A stretch of 64,000 bases of DNA from an uncultured Actinomycetota bacterium (GCA_964426525.1 CAYRQL010000002.1:12753-76752); one strand, 5' to 3'; shown: positions 1 through 10,822, numbered from the stretch's first letter. Program-made: numbers and translations. Notes: a model not told the origin generated them from the sequence alone.

Positions 1-539
1 AAACTGATAACCTCATTGGCAGATGAACCTTCCCAGATAAGATAAGTCTTAGGGAAAAGATATCCTTCAAGACTGGGAGTTAAGTTAGAATCAAGAAAAG
101 GTTTTGAAAAATAGCTTGCACCATTTAGGCCAATATTTAAAATGTCTTCTTTCGAAACTCTGGCTTCTTTTTCAAGCTTTTCAGCTATCTGCTTAAGGGT
201 AAACCCTTCTGGTACTACAACTTTAAAAAGGCCTTTTTGGGGTTTTGAAGTAAGTATTTTCAAAACTTCATGATAGTCCATAAAAGTTTTTAGCTGGTAT
301 CGGCCTGCCTGGATTCTTCGGTCTAACTGCTTATCTTTAGCCAAATAACGAAAATACCAGCCATTCTTAATTACTTTTTTCTCAATTAAAGAATCAGTTA
401 AGTCTGAAAAAGAATCACCTGGTTCAACGACCACTTCCACCGGCTGGTGGTCTTCCCAAGGAAGAGGGAAAATAAAAGTATAAGCTGCTGAAAGTAAAAA
501 AAGAATTAGAAAGCTTAAGAAAAGAAAAGTTTTCCTCAT
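1..539 (-). CDS. mltG: Endolytic transglycosylase MltG (YceG family), 3' part runs off the window
   Basis: Not in the ORF track. Manual translation from ATG at 539: MRKTFLFLSFLILFFTFSSLYFYFPLPW (TM anchor)...IQAGRYQL...FKVVVPEGFTLKQIAEKL, matching the YceG G-x-Y and PEG motifs. Sits in the usual alaS-ruvX-mltG synteny. Confidence 0.85.
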   Translation of the reverse strand, partial: MRKTFLFLSFLILFLLSAAYTFIFPLPWEDHQPVEVVVEPGDSFSDLTDSLIEKKVIKNGWYFRYLAKDKQLDRRIQAGRYQLKTFMDYHEVLKILTSKPQKGLFKVVVPEGFTLKQIAEKLEKEARVSKEDILNIGLNGASYFSKPFLDSNLTPSLEGYLFPKTYLIWEGSSANEVIS

Positions 540-548
540 CTAACTAAT

Positions 549-968
549 TCATTCCTTAGACCGCTGATAATCAAGATAACTCTGAAGAATGAAGGCAGCC
601 GAAAGAGCATCAAGCCGACCTTTTTTCTGGCTAATTCTTTTCTTACCCCGAGCTTTAAGAGAATCAACTGCCAATCGAGTAGTAAAACGCTCATCCCAGA
701 GAACTATTGGGATATTTTTAAAGGTTTCTTTGAGGCACCGGTAAAAAGCTAAAACTTTCTTTGTTTGAGCTGTTGGCTTTCCGGAAAGGCCAACAGGATA
801 GCCAACGATTATTTCTTCCACCTTTTTCTTTTGTACAATCTCTTTAAGTTCTTCAAGTTCTTTTTCGCCTCGGTCTATAAATTTAAGCTCACTAACTATT
901 GACGAGCTTGGTCCCTCAATTGCCACACCTATTCTTTTATCGCCAACATCGAGTGCCAGCCTGATCAT
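549..968 (-). CDS. ruvX: Holliday junction resolvase-like / pre-16S rRNA nuclease YqgF
   Basis: LALDVGDKRIGVA, IIVGYP, WDERFTT and DALSAAFILQSYLD motifs; directly downstream of alaS. Confidence 0.95.
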   Translation of the reverse strand: MIRLALDVGDKRIGVAIEGPSSSIVSELKFIDRGEKELEELKEIVQKKKVEEIIVGYPVGLSGKPTAQTKKVLAFYRCLKETFKNIPIVLWDERFTTRLAVDSLKARGKKRISQKKGRLDALSAAFILQSYLDYQRSKE

Positions 969-3586
969 TAACTCAAACTATCAAGGAAATTTTTTATTAA
1001 TTCTTCCCCTTTACTGAGAACCCGGTCCAGATTTCCAACATTTGAGCCACCACCTTGGGCTAAATCTTTACGGCCTCCACCTTTGCCATTAAGCTCACTT
1101 GACAACACTCCGACTATCTCACTGGCGTCAAAACCAAGCTTTACTGCTTCGAGCTGAGAAGCGACAAGAAGATAAGCGCGACCATTGTCCTCTGAACCCA
1201 ATAGCACAATAAAAGCCTCTTTTCTTAACAAATCGGCTAATTCTCTTAAATCTTCTGGACTCGCAGATTTAACCTTTGCCGCCACAGCTTTAAAATTGCC
1301 CATTTCAATAGAGCGACTTAAAAGCTGCTTTGATAAACTTTGTAATCTTTCCTTTTGATTGATTTCCTTTATTTTAGACATTTCTCTGTTTTCATTTAGC
1401 AAATCAGTTATTGCTTTTTCTAAATTAGCCTCACCTGTTTGTAAAAGCTTAGCCAGACGGCTAAGCAGATTTTTCTTCTCCATAAAATCCTCAAGAGAAG
1501 GGAAGCCAGCTATGGCTTCTATCCTTCGAAGGTTGGCTCCAACACTTGTCTCTTGTTTTATTTGAAAAAGTCCAATTTCCCCGGTTCGAAAAACATGAGT
1601 GCCACCACATAGCTCTTTACTAAAGTTACCTATCTCCAAAACTCGAACAAAATCTTTATACTTCTCTCCAAACAAGGAAATAGCTCCAATTTCACGAGCA
1701 TACTCAAGGGTAGTAATGTAAGGTTTTACAGGGTGATTTTCCAAAATTTTCTTGTTTACCAAAAACTCTATTTTTTCTTTTTCCTCCTGGCTAAGTGCTT
1801 TAAAATAAGTAAAATCAAAGCGAAAACTATCAGGTCCTACATAGGAGCCTGCCTGCCTTACTTCCTCCCCTAAAACCTTTCTTAAGGCCCAATGAAGAAG
1901 ATGGGTTGAAGTGTGATGGCGAGCTATGCTTATGCGGCGCTCCCGGTCAACTATTGCTTCTACTTCAGCTTTAACCGACACGTTACCAGATTTGACTCTT
2001 CCCCGATGGACTATCAATTTTTCTAAAATTTCTTGAGTATCGCAAACCTCAAATTCGCCTTCAGTAAACTTGATAACCCCAATATCGCCAACCTGACCAC
2101 CTTTTTCGGGATAAAAAGGTGTCCGCTCTAATATTATTTCTCCTTCTTCCCCCTCATTAAGTATGGCTACTTCCTGGCCATTTTTAATTAAAGCCGCGAC
2201 TGAGGTTTGAGTGGAAAAGCATTCATAACCCAGAAAATCAGTTTCCCGGACTCTTTCTTTCACTCCCTGATAAATCTCTTTGTCAAAATGAAAGCCTCTG
2301 GCTTTCCAAAAAGCCCTGGATTTTTCCCTCTGGCTTTCCATAAACTGGTTAAAACCTTCCTCATCAATCTTAAATCCTTTTTCAGCTGCTATTTCTTGAG
2401 TAAGCTCAATTGGAAAACCATAGGTGTCGTAAAGACGAAAAACCACTTCGCCAGGCAATAAAGACTGTCCAGAAATGGAAGCTAAGTTTTCTTCCAAGAT
2501 TTCCATTCCCTTTTCCAAAGTTTCATAAAATCTTTTCTCCTCAGCTTCTAAAACACTTCTTATAAACTCTTTTTCTTGTCCAATTTCTGGATAAACCGAT
2601 TTCAAAACCTCTATTGTTGCCTCAGCAACTTTAGAAAGAGTAGGCATTTGAGACCTTATCAGATAAGCATGACGAACAGCTCTTCTTAAAAGTCGGCGAA
2701 CCACATAACCTCGACCTTCATTCGAAGGCAAAATACCTTCGCTCAATAAAAAAGTTAAAGATCGAGAATGGTCAGCAATTATTCGTTGAGACTTGACTGA
2801 AAATTTGCCATTTTCTCCAGCTAATAACTCAACAGTATTCATAATAGGCTGAAAAAGATCGGTCTCGAATACTGATTCTTTGCCTTGAAGCAATAGTGCT
2901 GCTCTCTCTAAACCCATTCCAGTATCAATATTTTTTTTCGGTAAAGGATGACATTTGCCACTCTCATCTCGTTCCAGAGCCATAAAAACTAAGTTCCAGA
3001 GCTCAAAGTAGCGGTCACAATCACAACCAACAGCACAATCAGGTTTACCACAACCATATTTTTCTCCCCGGTCGTAAATAATCTCTGAACACGGGCCGCA
3101 TGGACCGGTTGGGCCGGCTGCCCAAAAATTATCTTCTTCGCCTAATCGCACAATTCTTTCAGAAGCTACCCCTATTTCCTTCTCCCAAATAGTAGCCGCT
3201 TCATCATCTTCGAGAAAAACAGTCACCCAGAGATTTTCCTGGCTTATCTTAAAAACTTCAGTAACCAATTCCCAGGCCCAATTAATCGCTTCCCTTTTAA
3301 AGTAATCCCCAAAAGAGAAATTCCCCAACATTTCAAAAAAGGTTAAATGCCTAATGGTTTCGCCCACACGATCAATATCGCTTGTCCTTAAACATTTCTG
3401 ACAAGTCGCAATACGTGAATAGGGAGCTTTAGCCTTTCCCAAAAAATAAGGTTTAAATTGAACCATACCAGCTGAAGTAAAAATTAAAGTCGGGTCTTCT
3501 GGAATTAAGGAAGAACTTTTAAGAATTTGATGACCTTTGTTTCGAAAAAAATTAAGAAATTTTTCCCTTATTTCTCGACTTTCCAC
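968..3586 (-). CDS. alaS: Alanine--tRNA ligase
   Basis: DPTLIFTSAGMVQFKP, HLTFFEMLGNFSFGDYFK, DTGMGLER, editing-domain HTSTH and ELCGGTH, C-terminal GKGGGR. Confidence 0.99.
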   Translation of the reverse strand: MESREIREKFLNFFRNKGHQILKSSSLIPEDPTLIFTSAGMVQFKPYFLGKAKAPYSRIATCQKCLRTSDIDRVGETIRHLTFFEMLGNFSFGDYFKREAINWAWELVTEVFKISQENLWVTVFLEDDEAATIWEKEIGVASERIVRLGEEDNFWAAGPTGPCGPCSEIIYDRGEKYGCGKPDCAVGCDCDRYFELWNLVFMALERDESGKCHPLPKKNIDTGMGLERAALLLQGKESVFETDLFQPIMNTVELLAGENGKFSVKSQRIIADHSRSLTFLLSEGILPSNEGRGYVVRRLLRRAVRHAYLIRSQMPTLSKVAEATIEVLKSVYPEIGQEKEFIRSVLEAEEKRFYETLEKGMEILEENLASISGQSLLPGEVVFRLYDTYGFPIELTQEIAAEKGFKIDEEGFNQFMESQREKSRAFWKARGFHFDKEIYQGVKERVRETDFLGYECFSTQTSVAALIKNGQEVAILNEGEEGEIILERTPFYPEKGGQVGDIGVIKFTEGEFEVCDTQEILEKLIVHRGRVKSGNVSVKAEVEAIVDRERRISIARHHTSTHLLHWALRKVLGEEVRQAGSYVGPDSFRFDFTYFKALSQEEKEKIEFLVNKKILENHPVKPYITTLEYAREIGAISLFGEKYKDFVRVLEIGNFSKELCGGTHVFRTGEIGLFQIKQETSVGANLRRIEAIAGFPSLEDFMEKKNLLSRLAKLLQTGEANLEKAITDLLNENREMSKIKEINQKERLQSLSKQLLSRSIEMGNFKAVAAKVKSASPEDLRELADLLRKEAFIVLLGSEDNGRAYLLVASQLEAVKLGFDASEIVGVLSSELNGKGGGRKDLAQGGGSNVGNLDRVLSKGEELIKNFLDSLS

Positions 3587-4682
3587 TGCTTCGCCTCTTT
3601 TTCTTTTCTTCTTTTGAAAAATTCTTTTCTTCTAAAAAATAATAGACTACCGCTTTTAAAGCCGCGGCAATTGGTATTGAAAGAAGCATACCCATTGCTC
3701 CCCAAATAAGCCCACCTGTCAATAAGGAAAAAACAATCAATACCGGATGAAGTCGCACCTGGTAACTCATTATATTGGGAGAAATAAGCAAACTATCTAA
3801 TTGTTGAACAAATATCATAGCCAACACTGCCCACAAGGCTAACCAGGGAGACTTGAAAAGAGCTACTAATCCAGCCAAAATAGCACCCACCAGCGGACCA
3901 AAATAGGGAATGACATTTAAAATACCAGTAATTAGACCAATCAACAGAGCATAATCAACTCCTAGTATTAAAAGTGCCAGAGTGCAAAGAACTCCAACTG
4001 ACAAAGAAACCAAAACTTGACCAACAATAAATCCTTTAACCACTGCAGAAACGCAAGAAAGTAAGTTTTTTCCGTGATATCGCCAATTAATTGGGATAAG
4101 TTGGTAAATTGTTTCTTTTATTACTTCGTAGTCCTTTAAAAGGTAAAAACTTAAAAGAAAAGAGAGAACAAAATAAAACACGTTGGTAAAAAAAGAAGAA
4201 ACAACATTTATGCCAAGTGAAGGCAAGCCGGAGGCAAAACGAATTAAAAAGTCGCGGAGATTTCCGACAGTTTGGTTAGTAAACTGCCCCAGCCAGGAAG
4301 GAACCTCAAGGTGCGAATATTTTGATTGGAGATAATTAATTTCTTTAATCAGGCGACTAAAGTAATTGGGAATATTCCGACTAAACTCATAGAGCTGACC
4401 AGAAACTAAAGGTACAAAATAAATAAAAAACAAGGAAAGAAAAACAAAAAAAACCAAGTAAACAAAGATAATACTTGCAATTCTAGGCAAGCCCCGTTTA
4501 TCAAGATATAGCACGGCTGGTCGAAAAAAGTAAACCAAACCGACAGCTAAAATGAAGGGAGTAAGAATAGGTTTGAGAAAGTTCAAAAGATAAATAAAAG
4601 TTAAAAAGAGCAACAAAATTCCTACAAAATTCCAGATTAAATAAGCTAACTTTTTATACTTTATACCTTCTTTATTTTCCAT
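3552..4682 (-). CDS. AI-2E (PerM) family transporter
   Basis: Polytopic membrane protein with LNVIPYFGP, QQLDSLLISP, LHPVLI and GMLLSIPIAA motifs. Confidence 0.9.
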   Translation of the reverse strand: MENKEGIKYKKLAYLIWNFVGILLLFLTFIYLLNFLKPILTPFILAVGLVYFFRPAVLYLDKRGLPRIASIIFVYLVFFVFLSLFFIYFVPLVSGQLYEFSRNIPNYFSRLIKEINYLQSKYSHLEVPSWLGQFTNQTVGNLRDFLIRFASGLPSLGINVVSSFFTNVFYFVLSFLLSFYLLKDYEVIKETIYQLIPINWRYHGKNLLSCVSAVVKGFIVGQVLVSLSVGVLCTLALLILGVDYALLIGLITGILNVIPYFGPLVGAILAGLVALFKSPWLALWAVLAMIFVQQLDSLLISPNIMSYQVRLHPVLIVFSLLTGGLIWGAMGMLLSIPIAAALKAVVYYFLEEKNFSKEEKKKRRSSGKSRNKGKIS

Positions 4683-4755
4683 TATTACCTCAACTATTTA
4701 AATGAAGAAAGGTTATCATAAAAAAAAATTGAGTTAAATAGGTAAGAAGATAAGG

Positions 4756-5016
4756 TTACTTTTCCCCCAGATTCGCACTGGAAAGTTCAATTTTTTTCTT
4801 AAGCTCGGATTCTTTCTTCCGTGTCTCTTCCAAGCCTACTTGAACAGCTAATAAAAGCCTTTCCCCAAAATCATCAATGCTGCGGCGAGCAAAAATTAAA
4901 CCTTTTTCCGCTATTTTTAGACCAGCTTGATATACTTTGCTTCTCAGACGCGGGTCAAGAGCAAACCAAACAGCAAATCCAATCGTAAGGCCCAGAAAAA
5001 CACGACTTTTCTTCAT
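4756..5016 (-). CDS. Small membrane-anchored protein, YtxH-like
   Basis: N-terminal hydrophobic segment (FLGLTIGFAVWFALDP) followed by a coiled-coil; follows a DUF948-like gene, a common pairing. Confidence 0.55.
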   Translation of the reverse strand: MKKSRVFLGLTIGFAVWFALDPRLRSKVYQAGLKIAEKGLIFARRSIDDFGERLLLAVQVGLEETRKKESELKKKIELSSANLGEK

Positions 5017-5400
5017 TTAACCTCGCTTAAGAAGAAAGTTTAAGGCTTTTCGAGCTCCCGAGGAAAGAGAAGCTAACTTAATTAAGGGAGAGGAAATTAT
5101 TTCTTTGACAACTTCGGTGGTAGCGTTAACTTTTCTACTAATATCTTCAGCTGATTTCATTATTTCATCAGCTCTTTTAAGTTCAGAATCTATATCATTT
5201 AAAGTTGTCTCCAGCTTCTCCAGCAAAGAAGGCAAATTAGCTCCAACTTCCTTTAAAATCGAGTTAAGAGAAGAAAGAGTGCGAGCTAAATTAATTAAAA
5301 CATAGACAAAAAAAATGCCAAGAACTACAGCAACAATGACTAAAACTGTATCCAGAATTAAAGGCAAATTCATAGTAAAAATAATACCATAAATTAACAA
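5017..5400 (-). CDS. DUF948 (YoxC)-like membrane protein; likely start is ATG at 5373
   Basis: One TM helix followed by heptad-like amphipathic repeats, ending in PLIKLASLSSGARKAL. Confidence 0.7.
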   Translation of the reverse strand: MLIYGIIFTMNLPLILDTVLVIVAVVLGIFFVYVLINLARTLSSLNSILKEVGANLPSLLEKLETTLNDIDSELKRADEIMKSAEDISRKVNATTEVVKEIISSPLIKLASLSSGARKALNFLLKRG

Positions 5401-5452
5401 AGTAGGCTAAAAGCTAATCTTTTTTTCTCGTACTAAAAAATTATATTTAGAC

Positions 5453-6157
5453 TTACAATTGTCGAGCGACGGTAAAAGCTCTGACATTTTTTACTTTGCC
5501 TTCCTTTTTAAGAATGCAGCAAGCTTCCTTAAGAGTAGAACCAGTAGTTAAAACATCGTCCACAAGCAAGAGGCTCTGGGCAGTTATCTGGCTGTTGACT
5601 TCGGCTTTTATGCTAAAAATATCTCGAAGATTTTCTTTTCTCTCTTTAAAACCCAGGCTTTTTTGTTCAACCGGTTCACGCTTATAAAACAATGTATCGA
5701 CAAGCGGCAAATTGACTTCCTTTGCGATTCGCTTGGCCAGCAACTCAGCTTGATTAAAGCCTCTTTCTTTTAAGCAACGACGGGTAGCCGGAATAAAAGT
5801 AATCAGGTCTACTTCTTTGAAATATTCAATGTAGTTCTTCAGGCTAGCCTCAATTAAATAATTGGCCAGCTTCTTTTTTCTACCCAGCTTATAATGGACT
5901 ATTAGCTCCCTTACCATCCCATCATAAGGAGCTAAAGAGCGGACTTTAAAAGTTATTTTTTGCTGACAACAAAAAGTACACCTGGCAACTTCATAGTAAG
6001 TTGGTTTTCCGCAGGTTTGACAAAATGGAGGAACAAAAAACTCTTCCTCAACCCTTCCCTGACAACTCGAGCAAATTAAAAGTGAATCAGTAAACCGCCG
6101 ACAGAAAAGGCATTGATTAGGAAAGACCAAATCAAATAACCTTTCTAAAATTAGCAC
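5453..6157 (-). CDS. ComF family protein (zinc ribbon + PRTase-like domain)
   Basis: CLFC/CSSC and CQTC/CTFC zinc fingers, RGFNQAELLA, LLVDDVLTTGSTL. Confidence 0.9.
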   Translation of the reverse strand: MLILERLFDLVFPNQCLFCRRFTDSLLICSSCQGRVEEEFFVPPFCQTCGKPTYYEVARCTFCCQQKITFKVRSLAPYDGMVRELIVHYKLGRKKKLANYLIEASLKNYIEYFKEVDLITFIPATRRCLKERGFNQAELLAKRIAKEVNLPLVDTLFYKREPVEQKSLGFKERKENLRDIFSIKAEVNSQITAQSLLLVDDVLTTGSTLKEACCILKKEGKVKNVRAFTVARQL

Positions 6158-6188
6158 TTTGGCGCCCCTTAAAACTAGAATTAATTTT

Positions 6189-7097
6189 TTAGTTAAAAAT
6201 AGATTGAATTGAAGGAATTGTCAAGAAAGAAAGTAGAGTGCTGAAAAAAATTGTAGAGGCAATCAGTTTGGTATCCAGGGAATAACGCTCACCAATAATG
6301 AAGGAAAGCATCATTGAGGGTGTCGAAGCTTGAAGCAAGCCTATCTTATAAATAGTGCCCTCAAGACCAATAACGAGGCTCAAATAATGAGCTAAAAAAG
6401 GAGAAAAAATTAGTTTTATTGTTGAAGCCAAAAAAACGAAAGGCAAAAAAGAAGAGATAGAAAAATCCAATGAAAGACCAATTGAAATCATTATTAAGGG
6501 GATGCTGACTTCACCTAACATTTTCAAGGTTGTTTGGAGAAAGTTGGGGAATTGAATCCCTGATAGATTAAAGACTAAACCAGCCAAAAGAGCAATCATT
6601 GGTGGAAACATAAAGAGTTCCTTCAGTACATTCAGCTTTTCCTTCTTATAACCAAAATATTCAGCAGCCAAGAGTCCTAGAGTGAAGGTAAAAACCACCG
6701 TTCCGAATACATCGTAAAAAACAGCTTGAGCAAGTGCTTTATTGCCATAAAAAAGTCTGGCTAAGGGGTAACCGAAATAACCGGTATTTCCTAAAGCAGC
6801 AACCAATAAAAAACCACCTTTAGTAGCTGGCTCTTTAATCCAGAAAGAAAAAAATAAAGCAAGTAAGCCAGCTCCAGCCATTACCAACCAGGCCAAAATT
6901 GGAATTTTCACAAGTTCAAGGCGCAGTGGAGTCGTTAAAAAAACGTTAAAAATAAAGACTGGTAAGGTGAGATTGATAATCAACTTGTTTATAGATATTC
7001 GCTCTTTCTCTCCAAGCAAACCAGTCTTTTTAAAAAAATAACCAACCAATATCAACAACAAAAATGGTAAAAAATTATCCCAAAAAATTTTAAACAT
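6189..7097 (-). CDS. AEC (auxin efflux carrier) family transporter
   Basis: About 10 TM helices; NLTLP, GNTGYFGYP and QASTPS motifs. Confidence 0.85.
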   Translation of the reverse strand: MFKIFWDNFLPFLLLILVGYFFKKTGLLGEKERISINKLIINLTLPVFIFNVFLTTPLRLELVKIPILAWLVMAGAGLLALFFSFWIKEPATKGGFLLVAALGNTGYFGYPLARLFYGNKALAQAVFYDVFGTVVFTFTLGLLAAEYFGYKKEKLNVLKELFMFPPMIALLAGLVFNLSGIQFPNFLQTTLKMLGEVSIPLIMISIGLSLDFSISSFLPFVFLASTIKLIFSPFLAHYLSLVIGLEGTIYKIGLLQASTPSMMLSFIIGERYSLDTKLIASTIFFSTLLSFLTIPSIQSIFN

Positions 7098-8137
7098 TAT
7101 AGCCCCTTATTAAGATTGGCGATGTTCTCTTTGAAAGGAGGAATAATTATCCCCTTATCCGTAACGAAAGCAGAAATAAAAGCTGAAGGCGTAATGTCAA
7201 ACGCCAAATTGTAAGCTTTAGCTTTAGGAGGTGACAGTCTGACTCCTGCCAACTCAAGAACTTCTCTGCCTGGGCGTTCTTCAATTGGAATTTTACTTCC
7301 ATCTTCTAACTCAAAATCAAAAGTAGTTAGTGGTGCTGCAACATAAAAAGGCAGTTGATAATACCTAGCTAAAACAGCTAGCGAATTAGTGCCTATTTTG
7401 TTGGCGGTATCGCCGTTTAAAGCAATTCGGTCTGCACCAACAATAACTTTGTCCACTTCGCCACGAGCCATTAAATAACCTGCAGCACTATCAACAACTA
7501 TTTCATATTCAATGCCCAATTTCTCCAGTTCCCAAGCAGTTAAACGACTTCCTTGCAGTAAAGGGCGTGTTTCATCGACAAAAACTTTTATATCTTTCCC
7601 CTTTTCAAAAGCTTTTTTAATTACTCCCAGGGCCGTCCCATAACCAGCTGTAGCTAAAGCCCCGGTATTACAATGAGTTAAGATCCTATCGCCAGAGTTT
7701 AAAAGGGTAGCTCCATATTCAGCAATTTTCAAGTCACTTGCCAGGTTCTCTTGAAAAACCATTTTTGCTTCCTTTTCTAATTCGACTAAAAGCTCTTTAG
7801 CTCCTCTGTCTCCTGAACGAACAATTTTCATCATTCGCTCAACCATTTTTTTTAAGTTAATAGCCGTCGGGCGAGTAGCAACCAAATTTTGCACTAATTC
7901 TTCCATATCTTCAGAAAAATTTCCGCCTTTTTGAAAAGCTTCTCTTGCAGCTAAAACAACACCAAAGGCTGCCACTACTCCAATAGCTGGCGCCCCACGT
8001 ACTCTTAAAAAAAAGATAGCTTCACAAAGTTCATCTAAGGTTTTTATTTCACAATAAACTTCTTTTCCGGGCAATAAAGTTTGATCAAGTATGTAAAGTT
8101 TACCCTCTTTCCATTCTACCGCCTTAAATTTTCCCAT
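7097..8137 (-). CDS. mtnA: S-methyl-5-thioribose-1-phosphate isomerase
   Basis: LDQTLLP, VRGAPAIG, TRPTAINL, THCNTGALAT, ETRPLLQG, ANKIGT, AFDITP. Confidence 0.96.
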   Translation of the reverse strand: MGKFKAVEWKEGKLYILDQTLLPGKEVYCEIKTLDELCEAIFFLRVRGAPAIGVVAAFGVVLAAREAFQKGGNFSEDMEELVQNLVATRPTAINLKKMVERMMKIVRSGDRGAKELLVELEKEAKMVFQENLASDLKIAEYGATLLNSGDRILTHCNTGALATAGYGTALGVIKKAFEKGKDIKVFVDETRPLLQGSRLTAWELEKLGIEYEIVVDSAAGYLMARGEVDKVIVGADRIALNGDTANKIGTNSLAVLARYYQLPFYVAAPLTTFDFELEDGSKIPIEERPGREVLELAGVRLSPPKAKAYNLAFDITPSAFISAFVTDKGIIIPPFKENIANLNKGL

Positions 8138-8140
8138 TTT

Positions 8141-8722
8141 CTAACCAATCAACAGTTTTTGCCAAACGCTGGCAATAAAATTAATCTGAGCAATTTTTTC
8201 AATAGTTTCTGCTCGAACCAAAACTGAAATTTCATCATCTCCAACCACCACTGCACCATGTCTTTCCAGTAAAGCAATGTTTGACTCGCTCATCTGAATA
8301 GCTACTTTTTTTCCTAGCTCCCAGGAGTGAGGTTTTTGATAAGACACCTTTACCACTCCGCCCAAAACTTTTTCAAATTCAGGATTCAAATAATCTAAAG
8401 GAGCATCCAATAAACCAAAAGCAGTCAAATAAGGAGAGTGCGTATGCACCACACAGTTCACATCTTGCCTTTTTTTGTATAGCTCAAGGTGGAGTGGTAG
8501 CTCCGAGGAAGGTTTGCCTGCTCCTTTCACTTCTCCTTCTAAACCAACTACTACTGCCTCAGCCGGCTTAAGTTTTTCTAAAAAACAACCCGTTGGGGTA
8601 ATCAGAATTTCAGCTTCAGAGAGCCGCAAGCTAACATTACCCATATTTGACCAAACCAAATTTCTTCGGCTTACCTCATGAGCTAAGAAAACCAGTATTC
8701 TCCGAGCTTTGCTAAGCCCCAT
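8141..8722 (-). CDS. Class II aldolase/adducin family protein (FucA/Ald2/MtnB-like)
   Basis: GNVSLR, ITPTG, PSSELPLH, HTHSPY (Zn ligands), ERHG. Confidence 0.88.
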   Translation of the reverse strand: MGLSKARRILVFLAHEVSRRNLVWSNMGNVSLRLSEAEILITPTGCFLEKLKPAEAVVVGLEGEVKGAGKPSSELPLHLELYKKRQDVNCVVHTHSPYLTAFGLLDAPLDYLNPEFEKVLGGVVKVSYQKPHSWELGKKVAIQMSESNIALLERHGAVVVGDDEISVLVRAETIEKIAQINFIASVWQKLLIG

Positions 8723-9556
8723 TTATCCTTCTTTTTTTACTTTTTTCATCTCATATAGTTGGTCGTCAGCGCGGCGGAAGAATGAACGCCAATCATCTCT
8801 CGGTAAAAGTGTTGATATTCCATAACTTAAACCTATGTATTTTATGTTCTCCTGTTCAAATAAATCATTCAGTCTAAAAGCTACTTTTTCTGCTACTAGC
8901 TTATCGGCGCCAATTAAGAGAATTAAAAACTCATCCCCTCCATAACGGGCTGCTATATCAACTTCTTTCCTCACTACCCTCAAGATCAATCTTCCTATCT
9001 TCTTTAAAACTTTGTCACCTTCTAGGTGGCCAAAAGTGTCGTTATATTTTTTAAAGTTATCAACATCAATAACAATTAAAGAAATTGGATAACCCTGGCG
9101 TCGTGCCCGGTTAATCTCGGACTTTAAGCGTTTAAAAAAGTAACGAGCATTGTAAAGTTTGCGAGTCAAACCATCGCGAATTGAAGCTTTTTCAAGTTCA
9201 AACATTAGCTTTCGGGTTTCTGTTACATCCCGAGAAGTAGCTACAATCCCATGGTACTCACCTTGATAATAAACTGAGCGATACTTGAGTTCAAAAATTT
9301 GACCATCCAGCTCAATCTCCCGAGTAATTATTAAGCCGGGGTCTTTCTTGAGTTTCTCAACTATTTCCAAAACCAACTTCCTTTTTTTAGGCGGATGGCA
9401 TTCCAGCAAATTCTTTCCTAAAACCTCAGACAGATTTTTCCCTCTTAACTCAGCCGAGTTTTTGTTAGCATAAGCAATGCTGTTTTTCTCATTTATGAAA
9501 AGAACACCTTCTGGTATGTCCATAAGTAGAATAGATTCAATAGATGGCTTCTTCAA
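8723..9556 (-). CDS. PAS-domain diguanylate cyclase
   Basis: N-terminal PAS domain (IAYAN...LLECHP); DVDNFKKYNDTFGHLEGD and an intact RYGGDEF active site. Confidence 0.92.
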   Translation of the reverse strand: MKKPSIESILLMDIPEGVLFINEKNSIAYANKNSAELRGKNLSEVLGKNLLECHPPKKRKLVLEIVEKLKKDPGLIITREIELDGQIFELKYRSVYYQGEYHGIVATSRDVTETRKLMFELEKASIRDGLTRKLYNARYFFKRLKSEINRARRQGYPISLIVIDVDNFKKYNDTFGHLEGDKVLKKIGRLILRVVRKEVDIAARYGGDEFLILLIGADKLVAEKVAFRLNDLFEQENIKYIGLSYGISTLLPRDDWRSFFRRADDQLYEMKKVKKEG

Positions 9557-9565
9557 AATATACCT

Positions 9566-10822
9566 CTATGTCCCTTCTTCCCAGGAAGAAAGGTACTTTT
9601 TCTGTTCAGGAGTTAAGTTATCAATAGAAATGCCCATTGACTGAAGTTTAAGCGATGCAATCTGACGGTCAATTTCTTCTGGCACCGAGTAAACTTTTTT
9701 CTCTAATTTTTCCCCTTCTCTAAAAAGATACTCAACCGAAAGAGCCTGATTAGCAAAGGACATATCCATTACCATCGCCGGGTGGCCTTCAGCAGCGGCT
9801 AAGTTAATCAGACGGCCTTCACCTAAAAGATACAACACCCGCCCATCATTCATTTTAAACTCTCCCACGTAATCCCTAACTTTTCGAAAAGAAACCGAAA
9901 GCTCTTTTAAGCTATCAATGTCGATTTCAACATTAAAATGTCCAGTATTTGCTAGAATGGCGCCGTTTTTCATCACTTCGAAGTGTTTTTTGGAAATGAC
10001 ATTTATATTGCCGGTTGCTGTAATGAAAACATCACCTTGTATGGCAGCTTCTTCTAAGGGCATCACCTGATAACCATCCATAGTGGCTTCTAAAGCTTTT
10101 AAAGGGTCAACCTCGCAAATTATGACTTTTGCCCCTAATCCTTGAGCTCTCTTAGCCAGTCCTTTGCCGCACCAACCATAGCCACAGATAACGACTACTG
10201 AACCTGCAAAAAGAAAATTAGTCGCTCGCATTATTCCATCAAGAGTGCTCTGACCTGTTCCATAGCGATTGTCAAACAAATGTTTAGTTAAAGCATCGTT
10301 GACAGCAATAATAGGGTAAAGCAGAACTCTTTCTCTTGCCATGCTCTTTAATCTAATCACTCCAGTTGTCGTTTCTTCCGTGCCCCCAATAACATTTCTT
10401 GCCCTATCAGGGTACTTTTTATGCAGAGTAGAGATTAAATCAGCCCCATCATCCATAGTTATCATTGGTTGAGTAGCTAACACTAATTCAATGTGGCGGT
10501 AATAAACTTCATTGCTTTCGCCCTTAATTGCAAAAACCGGAATTTCGAAATCTCCAACTAAAGAAGCAGCAACTTCGTCTTGAGTTGAAAGAGGGTTTGA
10601 AGCGCAAAGCGAAATTTCAGCACCCCCAGCTTTTAAAGCAATCATCAGGTTAGCTGTCTCAGTAGTCACATGAAGACAGGCACCAACCCTTACGCCAGTT
10701 AAAGGTTTTTCTTTCTCAAACCTCTCTCGTATCTGAGTGAGAACTGGCATAAACCTTTCTGCCCACTCTATCTTTAGTCGCCCTTTTTCTTTTAAGCCCA
10801 AATCTTTCACTTCAAACTCCAT
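9566..10822 (-). CDS. ahcY: Adenosylhomocysteinase
   Basis: [19 protein letters not shown]-like motif, [45 protein letters not shown]. Confidence 0.98.
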   Translation of the reverse strand: MEFEVKDLGLKEKGRLKIEWAERFMPVLTQIRERFEKEKPLTGVRVGACLHVTTETANLMIALKAGGAEISLCASNPLSTQDEVAASLVGDFEIPVFAIKGESNEVYYRHIELVLATQPMITMDDGADLISTLHKKYPDRARNVIGGTEETTTGVIRLKSMARERVLLYPIIAVNDALTKHLFDNRYGTGQSTLDGIMRATNFLFAGSVVVICGYGWCGKGLAKRAQGLGAKVIICEVDPLKALEATMDGYQVMPLEEAAIQGDVFITATGNINVISKKHFEVMKNGAILANTGHFNVEIDIDSLKELSVSFRKVRDYVGEFKMNDGRVLYLLGEGRLINLAAAEGHPAMVMDMSFANQALSVEYLFREGEKLEKKVYSVPEEIDRQIASLKLQSMGISIDNLTPEQKKYLSSWEEGT

